From Vezdaea acicularis (taxonomy: Eukaryota): DNA of 64,000 nucleotides. The position numbers were made by a program, and so were the translations under genes. Positions within the stretch are counted from its first letter, which is position 1. Each line of letters opens with the position of its first letter. The stretch is taken from the NCBI GenBank assembly GCA_026025075.1, contig JAPEUI010000003.1, forward strand, positions 62,001-126,000. The letters run 5' to 3'. The notes under the pieces are model-generated. The model was not told the DNA's origin. It ran no database searches and saw nothing but the letters and a program-made list of their open reading frames with translations. Below are positions 1 through 12,600 of the stretch, one piece after another.

Positions 1-1005
1 AAATATACGACTTCGTCGCGTCACGGAAGGAATTCGTTCGCTTCCGCCATCCAACTTATGCCGAGCCGGGGGCGAGGTGCCGGACCATCCGAAGGAAGAG
101 AAAACCAGCGCCGTGCGCAATGTACAACGCGCAATGACTCAGTCCATCTGTTGAGTGAACGTCACGTCCTCTGCGACATCAATTGTGGGTCTCGGCATTC
201 GACGGACATGCGCAGAGATTTGCGGATGCGGATCTGATAGGGCAATATACACGTGCCGAAGAGCGGCGAGTCGGCGGAACTTTCTCTAGCTCAAATCCCG
301 ACTCGAGCGGCATTGCGCACCCCACCTCGGTCGAATCTGGATAGTGGGGAGGGCCGGAGCTTTTTCCCAAGCAAACTCTCTCGTCCGGGCCACGCTCTTC
401 CATCCTTCCTTCGTCCAAACCTATCACTATCGTGTCATAGAGGTCAGTCACCGGCCTATGCGTCTTGCATATCCCGACTGCTGTGAGGGGCGCCAGACTT
501 GCGCATTGTCTTGAGGAAACGACCCTCTCCATTCTTCGCCATCCGTCGTCCCAGCTACCAATCTCCCTTCGTCGGCTATAAGCAGTCCCAAAAACCGCGG
601 ACAGGGTAAGCACCAGTGGTGAACGCCAAGTCCAGTCTGCCCTCCCTCCCAGGCGTGTTACTGGTCTTGGAGACTCTTCTTCCCGGAACGCGCGTTGGGG
701 TCCATCTGCTTCCACGGGCACGTTGCCGGATTTCGCTGAAACTACCCGTGGTTTTCACCTTCTGGGTACAGGGAACTTACTGGCACCACCACGACGCCCT
801 CTGAGGTCGGGAAACAGCAGCATCTTATCATTTTTTTTTATACCGCTCGCTTACAGGAAGGGCGTACAAACACCAAATACCGCTGCACGTACGGCTTGTT
901 GCATTTGTAATAGGACGCGACTGGCCCAGGCCTTTGACGCGAGCTTCTTAAATTGCATCATCGACAATCCTGCCGACCAATACTTTTTTAGAATCCTCGG
1001 CCACT

Positions 1006-3668
1006 ATGGAGTCTTCAGCAGAAGACTTCCTACCCCTCGAAAAAGAGAACAAGCATGGGGAAGGTTAGTCTTCTTGTCTCTCCTACCCTCACGTAAGAGC
1101 TTGGCTCGTCTGACTTTGCCTGACTTTGCCGTGTCATAGGTTACACTGAAGATACCGCGGAGAGCTCCAATGCCGACTCGGGAAAGCCGCCGACTGCGGC
1201 ACAACCTCAAGCCGTCCGGTTCAGTTCTTCTAATCAGGAAATTGAACCTTCAGAACCCTCTGAGTCTCTGAGAACTACCACTACTGACATTAATCACCCA
1301 ACGACGAACTCCGGGCTGTCAGAGGACGCACAGCAACAACTCAAAAGTCTGTCGCTCTCGTTGCAGAAGTCTCGAATGCATAACTTTGCTTTCGAACCTG
1401 TCTCATTGCCAGTGTCAAGGGTATGTTATTCATTTTGTTTACTGTACGATGTCCACGTTCTAGAGGCTCTCTTCGCGAACCTGTACATGCTTTGGGTCAC
1501 AAGTACCAGCGCAGCATTTCACTCCCAGCATCAAGATTTAAATACTCCCTAGAGCTATAGGTACTAACCTGTGCCACAAAGGTTCCATCGAACGAGTCCT
1601 CGTCGCACCCAGCTTCCCGCGAAGCTACCGATTCGCGCGCACTATCTCCTCTTGACAGTCCGTCACAATTACCGATGCATTCTCCTCCCATTACGCCCGC
1701 TACCACACGCTCTCAAGAAGCAAAGCCAGAATATGGTGAGATGAGTGTAGAGGCGTTCAGGGAAAAGAATGATCCCTCAAGCACTGCATCGTCGCTCCCT
1801 TCCTCGGATCAAATGTCTACCCGACCGACGTCAGTATCCGGAGACTCTGTGATGATGCCACCTCCACCTCAGCCCCGACATGTCCCAAAGTTCTCTATTG
1901 GACCAACTGGCGACTCTCTTCCAGCGTCGAGAGACCCAAGCCCAGACGGCAGATCGAGTTCTGGGACCACCACGCCATCCACTCGCCCATTCGCACCTGC
2001 AGGGGAGAAGGACGACCCTTACGCCAGAAGTAAAAGACCGCCTCAATCTCGAAATCTTGATAATATCGACCCGCGGTTCATTTTCGGCAGCGCAAAAGAC
2101 CATAGGCGGAGTCAGAATCTGACGTCTACCGGGCCTAAGAATAGCAGTACCTCGGACGTGAAGCTTCAAGTGGAACAGAATAGGCATTCCGGAATCTTTG
2201 GATTGGGCAAAGAGAAACTCCCAAATCATCTTAATGATGGAAGCAAGCATGGGTCAATGTCCGACTTAAAGCGGTTCTTCCGGCTCGGACACAAATCGAA
2301 ACGAACTCCGTCCCCTTCGTCGTCTCTAAAGTCCACCAAATCTGGCACACAAACCCCACCCCATCGCCAATCTCAGCCAGCGGTTCCGTTCGCTGACGAC
2401 CATGCACTGGAAAACAAATATGGCAAGTTTGGCAAGGTTCTCGGCTCCGGAGCTGGAGGTTCCGTTCGTTTGCTTAAGCGACCCGCAGACGGGACAACTT
2501 TCGCCGTGAAGCAATTCCGTGACAGACACCCCTACGAGACGGAGAAGGAGTATGCAAAAAAGGTGACTGCAGAGTTCTGCATTGGGTCTACCTTACATCA
2601 TGGGAACATTATTGAAACGATGGATATCATTCACGAAAGGGGGAAATGGTACGAAATCATGGAGTTTGCGCCTTTCGACCTGTTCGCTATCGTTATGACC
2701 GGGAAGATGACAAGAGAGGAGGTGGCCTGTTCTTTCCTGCAGATATTGAGAGGCGTCGCCTACCTTCATAGCGTGGGATTGGCCCATCGAGATCTGAAGC
2801 TTGACAACGTGGTTGTGAACGACAAGGGCATCATGAAGATCATCGATTTTGGGAGCGCGAGTGTTTTTCGATATCCGTTCGAGAACGATATCGTCTTGAC
2901 GTCAGGTCCGTATTACCCGCTCGGTACTAATTTCTGCGCTAACAATAACATGTAGGCATCGTTGGATCTGACCCCTACCTCGCCCCCGAAGTTTACGACC
3001 TCCCCAAATATGACCCACAGCCCACTGACATCTGGTCGCTTGCTATCATTTTCGCCTGCATGTCCCTCAGGCGCTTTCCCTGGAAAGCTCCCCGTGTCTC
3101 CGACAGCTCCTACAAACTCTTTGTTTCTCCGCCTTCCCCTGGACAGCCCATCGGCGAGACTGGAAGGCACATGTCAGAACCCCACGCTCATCCCAAATCC
3201 GCCCCAGACCTCCCATCCCAGAAAGCGCAGGCAGAAGCAGAAGGGGGTGGGGGATCTCCCGATGCTTCGCGCAACAGCACCCGCGACACGGAAGGCGGCG
3301 ATAAAACGCAGCACCACCACCATCACCACCACAACATAACCAACGAGTCTGCGCCGGCCGATGACCGCGTAGCTGCTCGATCTGCTTCCCAGAGCGAAGG
3401 CACGTCCTCGCAGACCATGACCATCAAAGGCCCCTGGCGACTCCTCAGGCTTCTGCCACGGGAAACCCGGAGTATCATTGGCCGCATGCTCGAGGTGGAC
3501 CCGCGCAAAAGAGCAAAGCTGGAAGAGATTTTGAAAGATCCATGGGTTAGCGAAACGGCGGTTTGCGTGCAAGAAGATGGCGGGAAGGTCGTATTGGCCG
3601 ATACTCATGTGCATACGCTTGAGCCGAGCTCTGGAGAGGGTCCCGCGCCAGCAGCTTCGAAGAAGTGA
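1006..3668 (+). CDS. SAT4: HAL family Ser/Thr protein kinase (Hal4/Sat4-like, ion homeostasis); 4 exons approx. 1006-1063, 1140-1420, 1582-2906, 2956-3668
   Basis: Kinase motifs [42 protein letters not shown] and IIDFG are present, and [12 protein letters not shown] appears after splicing. GT-AG introns with branch sites join the frames. The N-terminal VRFSS..EIEP and [10 protein letters not shown] segments are typical of filamentous-fungal Hal4. Confidence 0.9.
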
Positions 3669-4689
3669 AAGGCTAACTTTTTGGGGAGACATGGCTGAAG
3701 CGTGTGAAGAGCGCATTCATGGCTAGTGGAAGAGGCGTGTCGGATGGCGGCCGTAGTCGGGCGTTCATAAAGGTCAGGTCTGGTCCTACTTTTGTTCTGG
3801 CGCTGGGAGGATAGCATTTGATCGAGGCTCGGGGAGGGTGGGCTCTGGCTTGTGATACTCTCATGGTGTTTGATTATTATGAAAATCGGCGGCGGAATAG
3901 ACATTGTAACTGCTCTTGCGCTTTTGAGCGGGGAGCGCGCCCCATCACCGCGGGCAGAGGCTAGAAGAGCCCTCGTCTCCGATCTGGGCTGTATACACAC
4001 ATTCTTTTACTAGATGGTAATCGCGACTTGGACGTCACCAGTGACTGAATCCATTCATAGGGCTGCACATTCTAGCGGTGGATACAGTGTGCTTGACTAT
4101 GAATATGTTATCGCGAACGGCTTCAAGATGGACGAATTACACTTCTCGCATAATGGGAAGGGGCGTGGCGAGGTTAGGTCGGAAGCTACAAACACAGCAA
4201 TCGAAGATTAATCCCGATGAGACCGCAAAGCAGAAAATAACGATCCTTTGTATCTCAGCTCTTTGAAGACCCCATTGCCCAATACCCACCCCTTGGCTGT
4301 ACCCAAAAGATATGGACAATGGTGTGATAAGTTGGCCCCAACCAAGCAGTCAAGAGACAGCTTGTCTGTAGTAGTATTGCTTCCCCTTCAGCATTTCAGG
4401 AAAAAGGAAAAAAGTGCAGTTTCCAATCCTCCAATCAAACACTGGTTCCCAAAATATCACATGACCCAGCTAAGCGAGCCTTGGCAATTCGGGGGAGTCC
4501 AAGTCCAAGTCCTTACGGGCCTGCCTGGTGCTGTGCGTACCAGCCTCCTCCACCACCGCATATCAACAACCACCACCACCACCACAGCGGCGGCAGTGGT
4601 ATTCACCCACGATCGGTCGATTGACCACGCACGTATAAGCATTCTCTACACCTTCCCTTTTCTACTCGCTAGAAAAGTGAACATTCGCA

Positions 4690-5882
4690 ATGCCTCGTCT
4701 TCCAGCCTCCGCCGCGACGCCATCAGGTGGTACCCGCGGCCCGGGACGTCCCTCGCTGGGCGGAAAATCGCCGGCGGGAGGCGGTGGGAAGTCCTCTGCG
4801 CGTGGGAGGAAGGGGACGGGGATTCGTCGACACAGGTATGTTTTCTTCTCTTCCAGGCAGAACGTTCACGGGAGGGGCTTCTTTTGCTTTGCCTTGCTGG
4901 CTGGTGCGGAGGAGCAGGCGGGAATAGGCGCGTATAGACGCGTGAGGAAGTGCTTGGGGTTTGCCTTGGTTGGGCGGTTGGATGGGTTCGGCTAATGACG
5001 GGCCTGTACAGGAAGATTCCGAAGGATAATATTCGTGCGATTAGTAAGTGCCTCCTGTGAGATTTTTGTTCTTCGGGGTTGAGATTGCTGATGTTTGGAT
5101 AGCTAAGGGTGATATCCGGTAAGCTCGGCGAGTCTTGCAATCTTTTCCATCGCTCCGATTGCTATTGTTGTCCATCTGTACTGTGAAGCTCAAGGCCGAG
5201 CTCAAGTATATCCCCTAAAATTTAACTAGACGAGGTCTTAATAAATTTGGATTGGCCTATCTTTCTTTATTTGGTCCCATCTTGATTGGTGGACCAACCT
5301 CAAATTTCTCGCCTGACTTGGACTTGCCCAATCCGGCAATACGTTTTGGATTTATTTGTTTTAATTTGATAGGAAAAGCTGACTCTTCTTTCCTAAAGTC
5401 GTCTTGCTCGCCGTGGGGGTGTCAAGCGTATCTCGGCTGCTATCTATGACGATGTCCGTGGAGTGATCAAGAACCAGGTCAATGTTGTGAGTATACATTT
5501 GTCTTGTTACTTTACGGGGAGAGCTGATGCTGGCTTTTAGATTATGAGAGATGTCTGCATTTTCTTGGACCATGCCAACCGGAAAACCGTAACCGTGACT
5601 GATGTGAGTTTATCCTATCACAGAAAATGAAGTTCAGTGCTAATAAACCTTAGGTCATCTTCGCCTTGAAGCGCGTAAGTACTTTCCTGTATTCGGGGAT
5701 AAACCTAGAAACCCGCATCAAACTCTTAATGGCTAACCTCGCTTTCTACAAAAGATCGGTCGCCCCATCTATGGCACGTCTCCCCCCTCTTCCTCGGCTT
5801 ATGTCCACCTCACTAATATATCACAGGCTTCGACAGAGACACCTTCCACGAGCGCCCCAAGCGACGTCGTCCTCACGCCTAG
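4690..5882 (+). CDS. Divergent histone H4 variant (fungal hH4v/H4E-like), 146 aa; exons 4690-4835, 5012-5043, 5103-5118, 5399-5486, 5541-5603, 5654-5674, 5755-5773, 5827-5882
   Basis: The spliced product reads ...[103 protein letters not shown]. It is collinear with the canonical H4 core (RHRK..[25 protein letters not shown]...KRKTVT.MDVVYALKR.GRTLYGF). All 7 introns have branch sites and keep the frame. Confidence 0.9.
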
Positions 5883-6193
5883 ATCTCTGCTATGCACCCT
5901 GTCCGTCAAAGGCCCTTAACGAAGAGCTCATTCCCTTCCTCCCCTCTATCACACCTACCTCGCCTCTCTCTTCTTCAAACAATGTCCTGCGCTTGTTGGG
6001 TACAGCTTTAGTCGGGGCTAGAGAGGATCACGTGGCTTTGAACGGGGTTTTTTTTGCTGAGGCTTTGTTTCCGACTTCTTTCAACTTTCCTTCCTGAGGG
6101 CTGAGTTGCACGTGCTGGCCTGCCTGGATAGCGGGCTGGTTGGCTGGCGTTCGGGATGTTTCTGCAAAGCTTGGGCCATTGCTGATATCTGTG

Positions 6194-6224
6194 GCTTTGG
6201 CTTTGGCTCTGGCTTTGGCTTTGG
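6194..6224. repeat. (GGCTTT)n hexamer microsatellite, about 5 copies
   Basis: ggctttggctttggctctggctttggctttggc read directly from the sequence. Confidence 0.7.
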
Positions 6225-6922
6225 CGATGGAATGGGATGACATGGCATGGGGGATTCGTAGTAATTATGCTCTGGCTTACGGAATTTCACTCGTGATTAC
6301 TGCGTCATGCTTTGAAACCGAAACCTGGCCTGACTTTCCACAACCTATTTCCCCCCAAAGCGAAATGATCACAAATACCAGATCCGCACCACCAAAAACG
6401 CACATAAACTTTCCCTCCTCCCCACTCCCAGACTTCATCGCCCACAGCAATGAGCGTCACAAGCATCGTATCCTTCACTTGCAGATTACCCCCTTGAATA
6501 CAAAATGCGCATGTGAGCATTTACCCCGGTACTTCCACATGTCGTACCGTTCTTTTCCCCCTCGCTCTCTAGATAAAGTGCTGATATTAACTGTGTCTTT
6601 CTCATCCCTCCACTTTCTCATGCATTTTTTTCTGTTTTTGTGGGGGGGGGTTGTGATGGCACTATGAATAATGGTCTTGGCTTGTACTGGGTACTGAGGA
6701 TATCGGTTGGTTGTGGTTTGGGAGAGATTGGGTGTGCGGCGTTGGCTGGTTGGTGAGTGGGCGCTGGTCTCGAGAAAAGTCTAGCATCGTTTGTAGAGAA
6801 TAGAAGGGGTTCTAGTTCGTATACGCGCTGGAAACAGGTGCGGTGATAGATTTGTATGGATTTGCTATTCAACTGGTATCACCTTTTCCCTTCCACACCC
6901 CTCTTCCCCCCTACCCCCCCTT

Positions 6923-7891
6923 TCACTCCACCCCCTCACTTCTCCCCCCCTCCTCCACCGGCGGCGGCGCTGGTTCCCTGCCCACCCTCTCGCCCTTACT
7001 CTCCCCCCCGACCACCTTCGCCAAACTCTTCCTCGCCCGCTCCTCCCGGCCCGAAAAGCCCGCCATGAAGAGTCCGGGGAGCAGTTTCTTGCAGTTCGCA
7101 TGCTCCTTATCAAACACGACCTTGACATCACTTCGGCACCGCTCGCGCGCAAGCTTCACGCCTTCTTCCAGGAGCGCGCGACCGACGCCCGTCCCGCGGT
7201 AGCGCATCTTGACCGTCCACGCGCGCACGAGGACGGTCTTTGGGGCGGAGGTCTTATCCTCGTCTTTCGGTGTCGATGTTGATGCAGGTTGTTGGCTCTT
7301 CTTAGCCCCTTTCCTTGCGCTTCCACCCGCCGCCGTCGACGACGACGCAGCTGATGACGAGGCCGCGCCTGAGCCTGGCGGGAAGCGCAAGATCAGTACA
7401 CCGATGACCAGGTCGCCGTATGTGGTTACTAGGATATCATCGGCCTCTCCGCCGATACTGCCGCCTTCGGGCTTCAAGAAGCCCAGGTTGAGCTGCTCCG
7501 CGGCGTTGATGTAGCCGGCTGTGGCGCCGCGCACGGCGACTAGGCAGGCCATGCAGATGCCGGCGAAGGTCGTGAATATCAGGGGTAAGGAGGCATTTGT
7601 ACCGTCGTACATGATTGAGGTGAGGAAACCGAGGAGGCCGATGAAGAGGGAGAGGGAGAGCGGGTGGAAGATTAGGGCACGGCTGGCGAGTTGGCGTTGT
7701 TGGGCGATGCTGTCGGCGATCAGTTTGAGCGCGCTGATGATGGTTGTGGGTGAGGTGGCGAGGTAGGTGGAGAGGGGCGGGGCGGGGACGATGGGGACGG
7801 GCTCGGTGAGGGGGGTTGCGTCGGTGGTGGGTTTGGGGAGGGCGGAGGGGTGGGGTTGGGAGGGCGGTTGCGCGGTTGCGTCTTTAGCCAT
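6923..7891 (-). CDS. GNAT-family N-acetyltransferase with two hydrophobic (likely TM) segments, NAT8/camello-like architecture; 322 aa, single exon
   Basis: The acetyl-CoA motif A is VRAWTVKMRYRGTGVGRALLE. Hydrophobic stretches LSLSLFIGLLGFLTSIM and LPLIFTTFAGICMACLVAV lie N-terminal to it. Confidence 0.8.
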   Translation of the reverse strand: MAKDATAQPPSQPHPSALPKPTTDATPLTEPVPIVPAPPLSTYLATSPTTIISALKLIADSIAQQRQLASRALIFHPLSLSLFIGLLGFLTSIMYDGTNASLPLIFTTFAGICMACLVAVRGATAGYINAAEQLNLGFLKPEGGSIGGEADDILVTTYGDLVIGVLILRFPPGSGAASSSAASSSTAAGGSARKGAKKSQQPASTSTPKDEDKTSAPKTVLVRAWTVKMRYRGTGVGRALLEEGVKLARERCRSDVKVVFDKEHANCKKLLPGLFMAGFSGREERARKSLAKVVGGESKGERVGREPAPPPVEEGGRSEGVE

Positions 7892-8219
7892 TGTGGCGGT
7901 AGGAGGTGATTTGGGAGAAGGGGATGTAGAAGCGGTAGATGATATGTGATGGTTGAGGAGGAGAGAGTCGGTGGAAAGGCAGGCGGAGGTGGTGTGAGCG
8001 AGAGTGAGGTTGTGGGAGAGGGAGGTGTAAAACGCTAATGGCGGAGCGCGCTGTTGTTAGCAACGTTGCTCCTTCTTAACAAATTTGCGGAAAGGCGGAA
8101 AGATGTAGGAGCGTGTCCTGGCGATGAAGAAGAAGACAGAAGACAGGAGAAGAAAAAAAAGGGTAAGGCTGAGGTCTCGATGCGGCGGAAGAAAAAGCTC
8201 CAAGTAACAAAAAAACGTG

Positions 8220-8735
8220 TTACTCCGATGATTCTTCCCGACCTTCCCCATTCTCTCCGCCACAGAACCCATGCAGGTTAGGCCCCACAATTACAGAACT
8301 CCTGGTCTGCCTCTCCACCCTCGAAACACATGCTGGTTGGTTAAGGAAAAAGGTGCGCTGCTACTCACCAGCACCAGCCCTCCACCCTCCCTTCTCCGTC
8401 ACCTTCTCGACGACCTCGTTCAGGCCAATTCCCCTCTTCAATCCACTCAACAGACTCCGATCGGCTTCCCTCTCGTCCATGGCATCCAGACGGCGTTGCG
8501 CCCAGCAGACGACATCCTTGAAGTCGGCGGCCGCCCGGCGCATCCACGTTGTCCAGCCGGCCCCACGGATTGGCCGAGCGCTCTTCGTGGCTGGTGCGCC
8601 GTGGCTGTCTCTGCGGGACGAGAAGTGGCTTGAGCCGGTGTGGGGGCCCGCGTCGTTGCTGTTGGCGTTGGACGAGGAGGAGGAGACGAGGAGGTGGGGC
8701 GGGGGAATCAGTGGTTTGCGGTGATAGTGTCGCAT
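8220..8735 (-). CDS. Possible small orphan protein (2 exons, speculative)
   Basis: A 124-codon ATG ORF has a helical-looking core (WTTWMRRAAADFKDVVCWAQRRLDAMDERE) and ends at a GTGAGT donor. A CTTAAC...CAG acceptor would continue the frame to a TAA near 8220. No family recognised. Confidence 0.3.
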
Positions 8736-9625
8736 TGCTCGAAACGCTGGCAGAACAGTAGAAGAACGACCCTAAAGCCAAAGCAAAAGAAATCTCGAGA
8801 GCTTCAACATGCAAGAGAGCCTTGAGCACAAGAGAGGCCCTCTCTGGCGAAAAGAAGTCTAGGAAGAAAGGTTCGTCCTGACGTAGATATAGCAGGAAGC
8901 CAGCAAGCAGGCAAACTATTATGCTATCTAGCAGCGCAATTGTGCTATCGCTCTCGCGCGCGTCACATCCCCAAACGTCCTACAGCACGCCATGCCTCAT
9001 ACAAGCAAATGCGCGCGTGAGCGACCCAGTCCCCGGGCTGGAGCGACGCCAAAAGGATCGCAGCTGCTCACGCCCTTTGCACACATACAGATAAGTGAAT
9101 CTTCCATCCCCCATGGCAGGCTGTCGGGATGTCACCCCGGCGCTACCGTGGCTTGGACGCACGAGAGATAACGGCCGCGCCGCTGTTTCGCTGCTGCAGC
9201 CTTCGAGTCGAATGGGTGTTGAATGGCGGCATCCTTGTCACGCATGAGAGTCTAGACGGGTATAGAAGCAAGTAGGATTCTCAAAGTATGAAATGTTTAT
9301 TTTCGAAACCTAGAAACTATGCTACAATCTCATGGCGATCAATCTGCTTCGCCAAAAAACGGCACAACCGTGAGACAAAGAGGTGATCGATCCGAGGGGT
9401 ATAATCAGCCATCAGCCCTATGTAGCAACGCTGGAAGCCCCCCTTATACGCCAGTCCCCCGCTAGAGTAACAGCTAGAAAAGACCTCTTGTCGATAAAAG
9501 GAAAAGGTAAAAGTTGAAAGCGGAAGGCGGAAAGCAGATCGGCGCTGCACCATGAAAATGCTACAGAATGCAGTTGCACATACTCTTCGTCCAGATAGGA
9601 AAGAAAAAGGAATGCGGACCCTCGA

Positions 9626-12600
9626 TTATGCGGCAGCCTCTGCCATAATCTGATCCCCTTCATCTAGTAGGTTTGTGACGAAACCCAAATTCTGGATCAT
9701 ACTCTTCCCGTGCCCGACCAACAGTAGCTTCTCCGCGTTGGCTGGGAGGCCGAGATACGTCGGTGGTTCGCGCTCTGGGAGGCGGTTCACCCATCCTAGG
9801 AAGTCCTTCAGTCCCGTACCGGTTGGCGCAGTCAATCCGCCATCCACACCAGCTTCTCCATCTCCCTCTGCATCAGCAACACCATCAACGAGCTTGTGAT
9901 CTGTCTCGAAAGCGGCGGGAGTCATGAACCGAGCGACGAGGTCTGTGAGCTGTTGGAAATCGCTCTCGTTGTCGATCTTGCCGCCGTAAGTTTCTGTGAC
10001 CATGGTACGAATCATATCCCAGGGTAATTTTGAGGGCGAGACGTTGGAGCGCCCGCTGGCAACAGACTCCACCCATGTATCTATGATGAAAGCGGAACAT
10101 TCATACTATTACATATTAGAACTGTAGTATGTCTGAAAGACAGAGGATAGACTTACATCACTATCATTAAACTCCCAAAACCCCTTCCATCCGAGGCTAG
10201 GGGCGTACCGCAATCTTTCTTGGACGACGGCATGCAAGAATGACAGTAGAAGGTAAACCCTCGCCCGCTCGATCGGAGCTTTTGAAGCCCTTGTAGACAA
10301 GGACGATAGTGAATCTTTCATGTTCGCTCGTACGCCGGCCGGTTGTTCATACATCAGTACCCGAGAAGCACGGAGCAGATTGACAGGGATCTTCGGACTC
10401 GACTCCATAGACAGGAACAGTCTGAAATTCGCGTGGGGCTTGAGCGAATCCAGTCGCTTCTCCAAGCTCTGAAGCCAGCTCGGGGCCAGATGCACGTTCT
10501 TGACCAAAACCCATGACCCGTTCGCTGCAGCATTGCTGACAGCCTTGTCTGCACTCGTGAGGCCCTCGTTGGAGCCCATAGCGATATTGGTGCAGTGGGT
10601 ATGCATTCGCTCAACTAGGTTGTCGACTTTGTAACTTGCATCGAATCCGGGACTGGAGCTAAGTGCAATCGGAGTGCCAGCGGACACTTGTTCGACAATC
10701 TCCTTGAGATCACCACTGCCCTCAAAGAGGCCTTTCCCGAAGACGGCAGTCACAAACTTCTCTGCCGCAGGAACGAAGCGATCAAGACGGAACATTTTCA
10801 CAAGTAGGAGTGATCGAAGATGTTTGTCGAATGGCTCCGCATCTGATGGCGAGACGGTAGGAATAAAGTTCTCAGCCAGCTCTTCTGAGAGGAAGCTATG
10901 CCATTCATTCGCGGAGACTTTCTTGATGTAACCTTTGAAGATGGGAACACGCGAAGCTCTTAACATGGCTTCGTCTTTGCGCTGATGCTCTGTGGACACA
11001 TCAACACCTTCAAGGCCATCGTCGAGAATATTATCGATGAGGCCTTTGTCCATCTTGTAAGGAGAAGCTTGAGCTAAGAGCATTGCAAGAGTGATTCGAT
11101 CCTTCTGTAGAAGCCCAAGAGAAGTTCGCTGGTAAGTTGTCACGAAGAGGTCTTGAAGGATGATGTCCATTCGAGCAGAGTGGTGTCTTTCTGCTGCCAA
11201 GCGCTTGTTTCCATGAAGGACCGAGTTGAAGATGTTCACGAAGTATTGAAGCGAGAACTGGTAGAAATGGTTGAGGTGATGCAGCTGCTCAAGCACAGCA
11301 AAGACTGCGCTGCAGGATCGAGCGATAACATTGTACTGCAGGGTGATCTCCTCTACTTCCGTCATCACGCCTTCAGTTTCAGTCATCTTGGAAGATATCT
11401 CGGCTGCTTCTTTCTTCAATGTCTCCAGTGTTTCGATTACGTTGTCATCGTCGAGGATATTGCCGCGCGACTCGTTGAGCGCTTGAAGAAGTCGTTTCTC
11501 GAGTTGTCGAAGATGAATCTTAAACTCTCCTTGCAACTTGATGAGATTAGACCGCCGCTCATCGACGTCAGGCCGTTCGCACTTGAGAACTTCGTTGAGT
11601 GATTGCGTCTGCAGACTGCTTTGTGTCACTGTGAAATTGACGAACGTTGTCCGACTGCAGATATCTGGAGGGAAGGTGGCCGAAGGATCTCGTGTGGAAA
11701 GGTACAGCTTGAAAGCGGGCGAAAAGTCTATCTCTTGCTTGCCTAACTGAATGAGAACACGACCACCAGTCTTCTGATACTCCTTGTTTAGGACGTGATT
11801 CAAGACGGGATCCAGATGCTCGGCGTCTTGGATGAGGATGGGATTACCAAACCGTAGCGAGCTCTCGAGCTGCTTGGTGAAAGAATCATCCAAGAAACTC
11901 GTCACAGTCAGACGACGCTCCTTGCTCTCCTTTTGCAAGAACTCCGTGACTCGGCCAGACGGATCAATGATTAGCGGGTAGCGATTGAACCTCTTGAGAA
12001 TGATTGCATTCTCAGTGCAAAGATCATCGACTGGTAGCGAGTTTTCTTGCCACTCAAGCCGCTCATCCGCCGTCGAGAGGTACTCAGTGACAGGGTTGTG
12101 AGCCTTGTATTGGATGCCAGAGAGTGAAAGTTGTTGCAACCAGTCTTCTGTCATCGTCTTCCGGTATTGCTGGTCGTAAAGTCCACTGTAAGCCAGGAAA
12201 GCCGATGCAATCAAGACATCACCGACTAGGGTGCTAATCTGAGTCTCAAAGGTCTTGCTACCTTCCTCCCATCTTGTACGCTCTGAAGATAGGCTGTCGA
12301 GTAATCGAACGCTTCGATCGACCTTAAACTGTACGCGAGACATTTCGGTCTTAATAGCTTGCGTCTCGCTGATCAACGCAGCATATTCGCTCTTGTAGGT
12401 GGCAATGCTCTGCTCCAGGTTATTGATAGTGTTCTCGATGGCCAGTGCCTCTGCTTTTGTTTGGAGTGCTCGCTCTTCCAGCTGACCAACCTCATCTCGA
12501 AGAGGTCCAACGCGATCCAGAATCTCCGAGTAGTTGACCTGAGCCTCGACCCATTGCACAAGAGGACCGCAGGCTTTGCTTGCCCTGTTGACTTTCTCGA

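Noticed and set aside
179..1000. ORFs of 60-180 aa upstream of the kinase
   Set aside because: They use non-ATG starts or have no protein-like features, and are more likely promoter or 5'-UTR sequence.
5119..5398. Intronic snoRNA or stwintron in H4-variant intron 3
   Set aside because: There is no RTGATGA C box, and nested-splicing solutions tried break the H4 reading frame.
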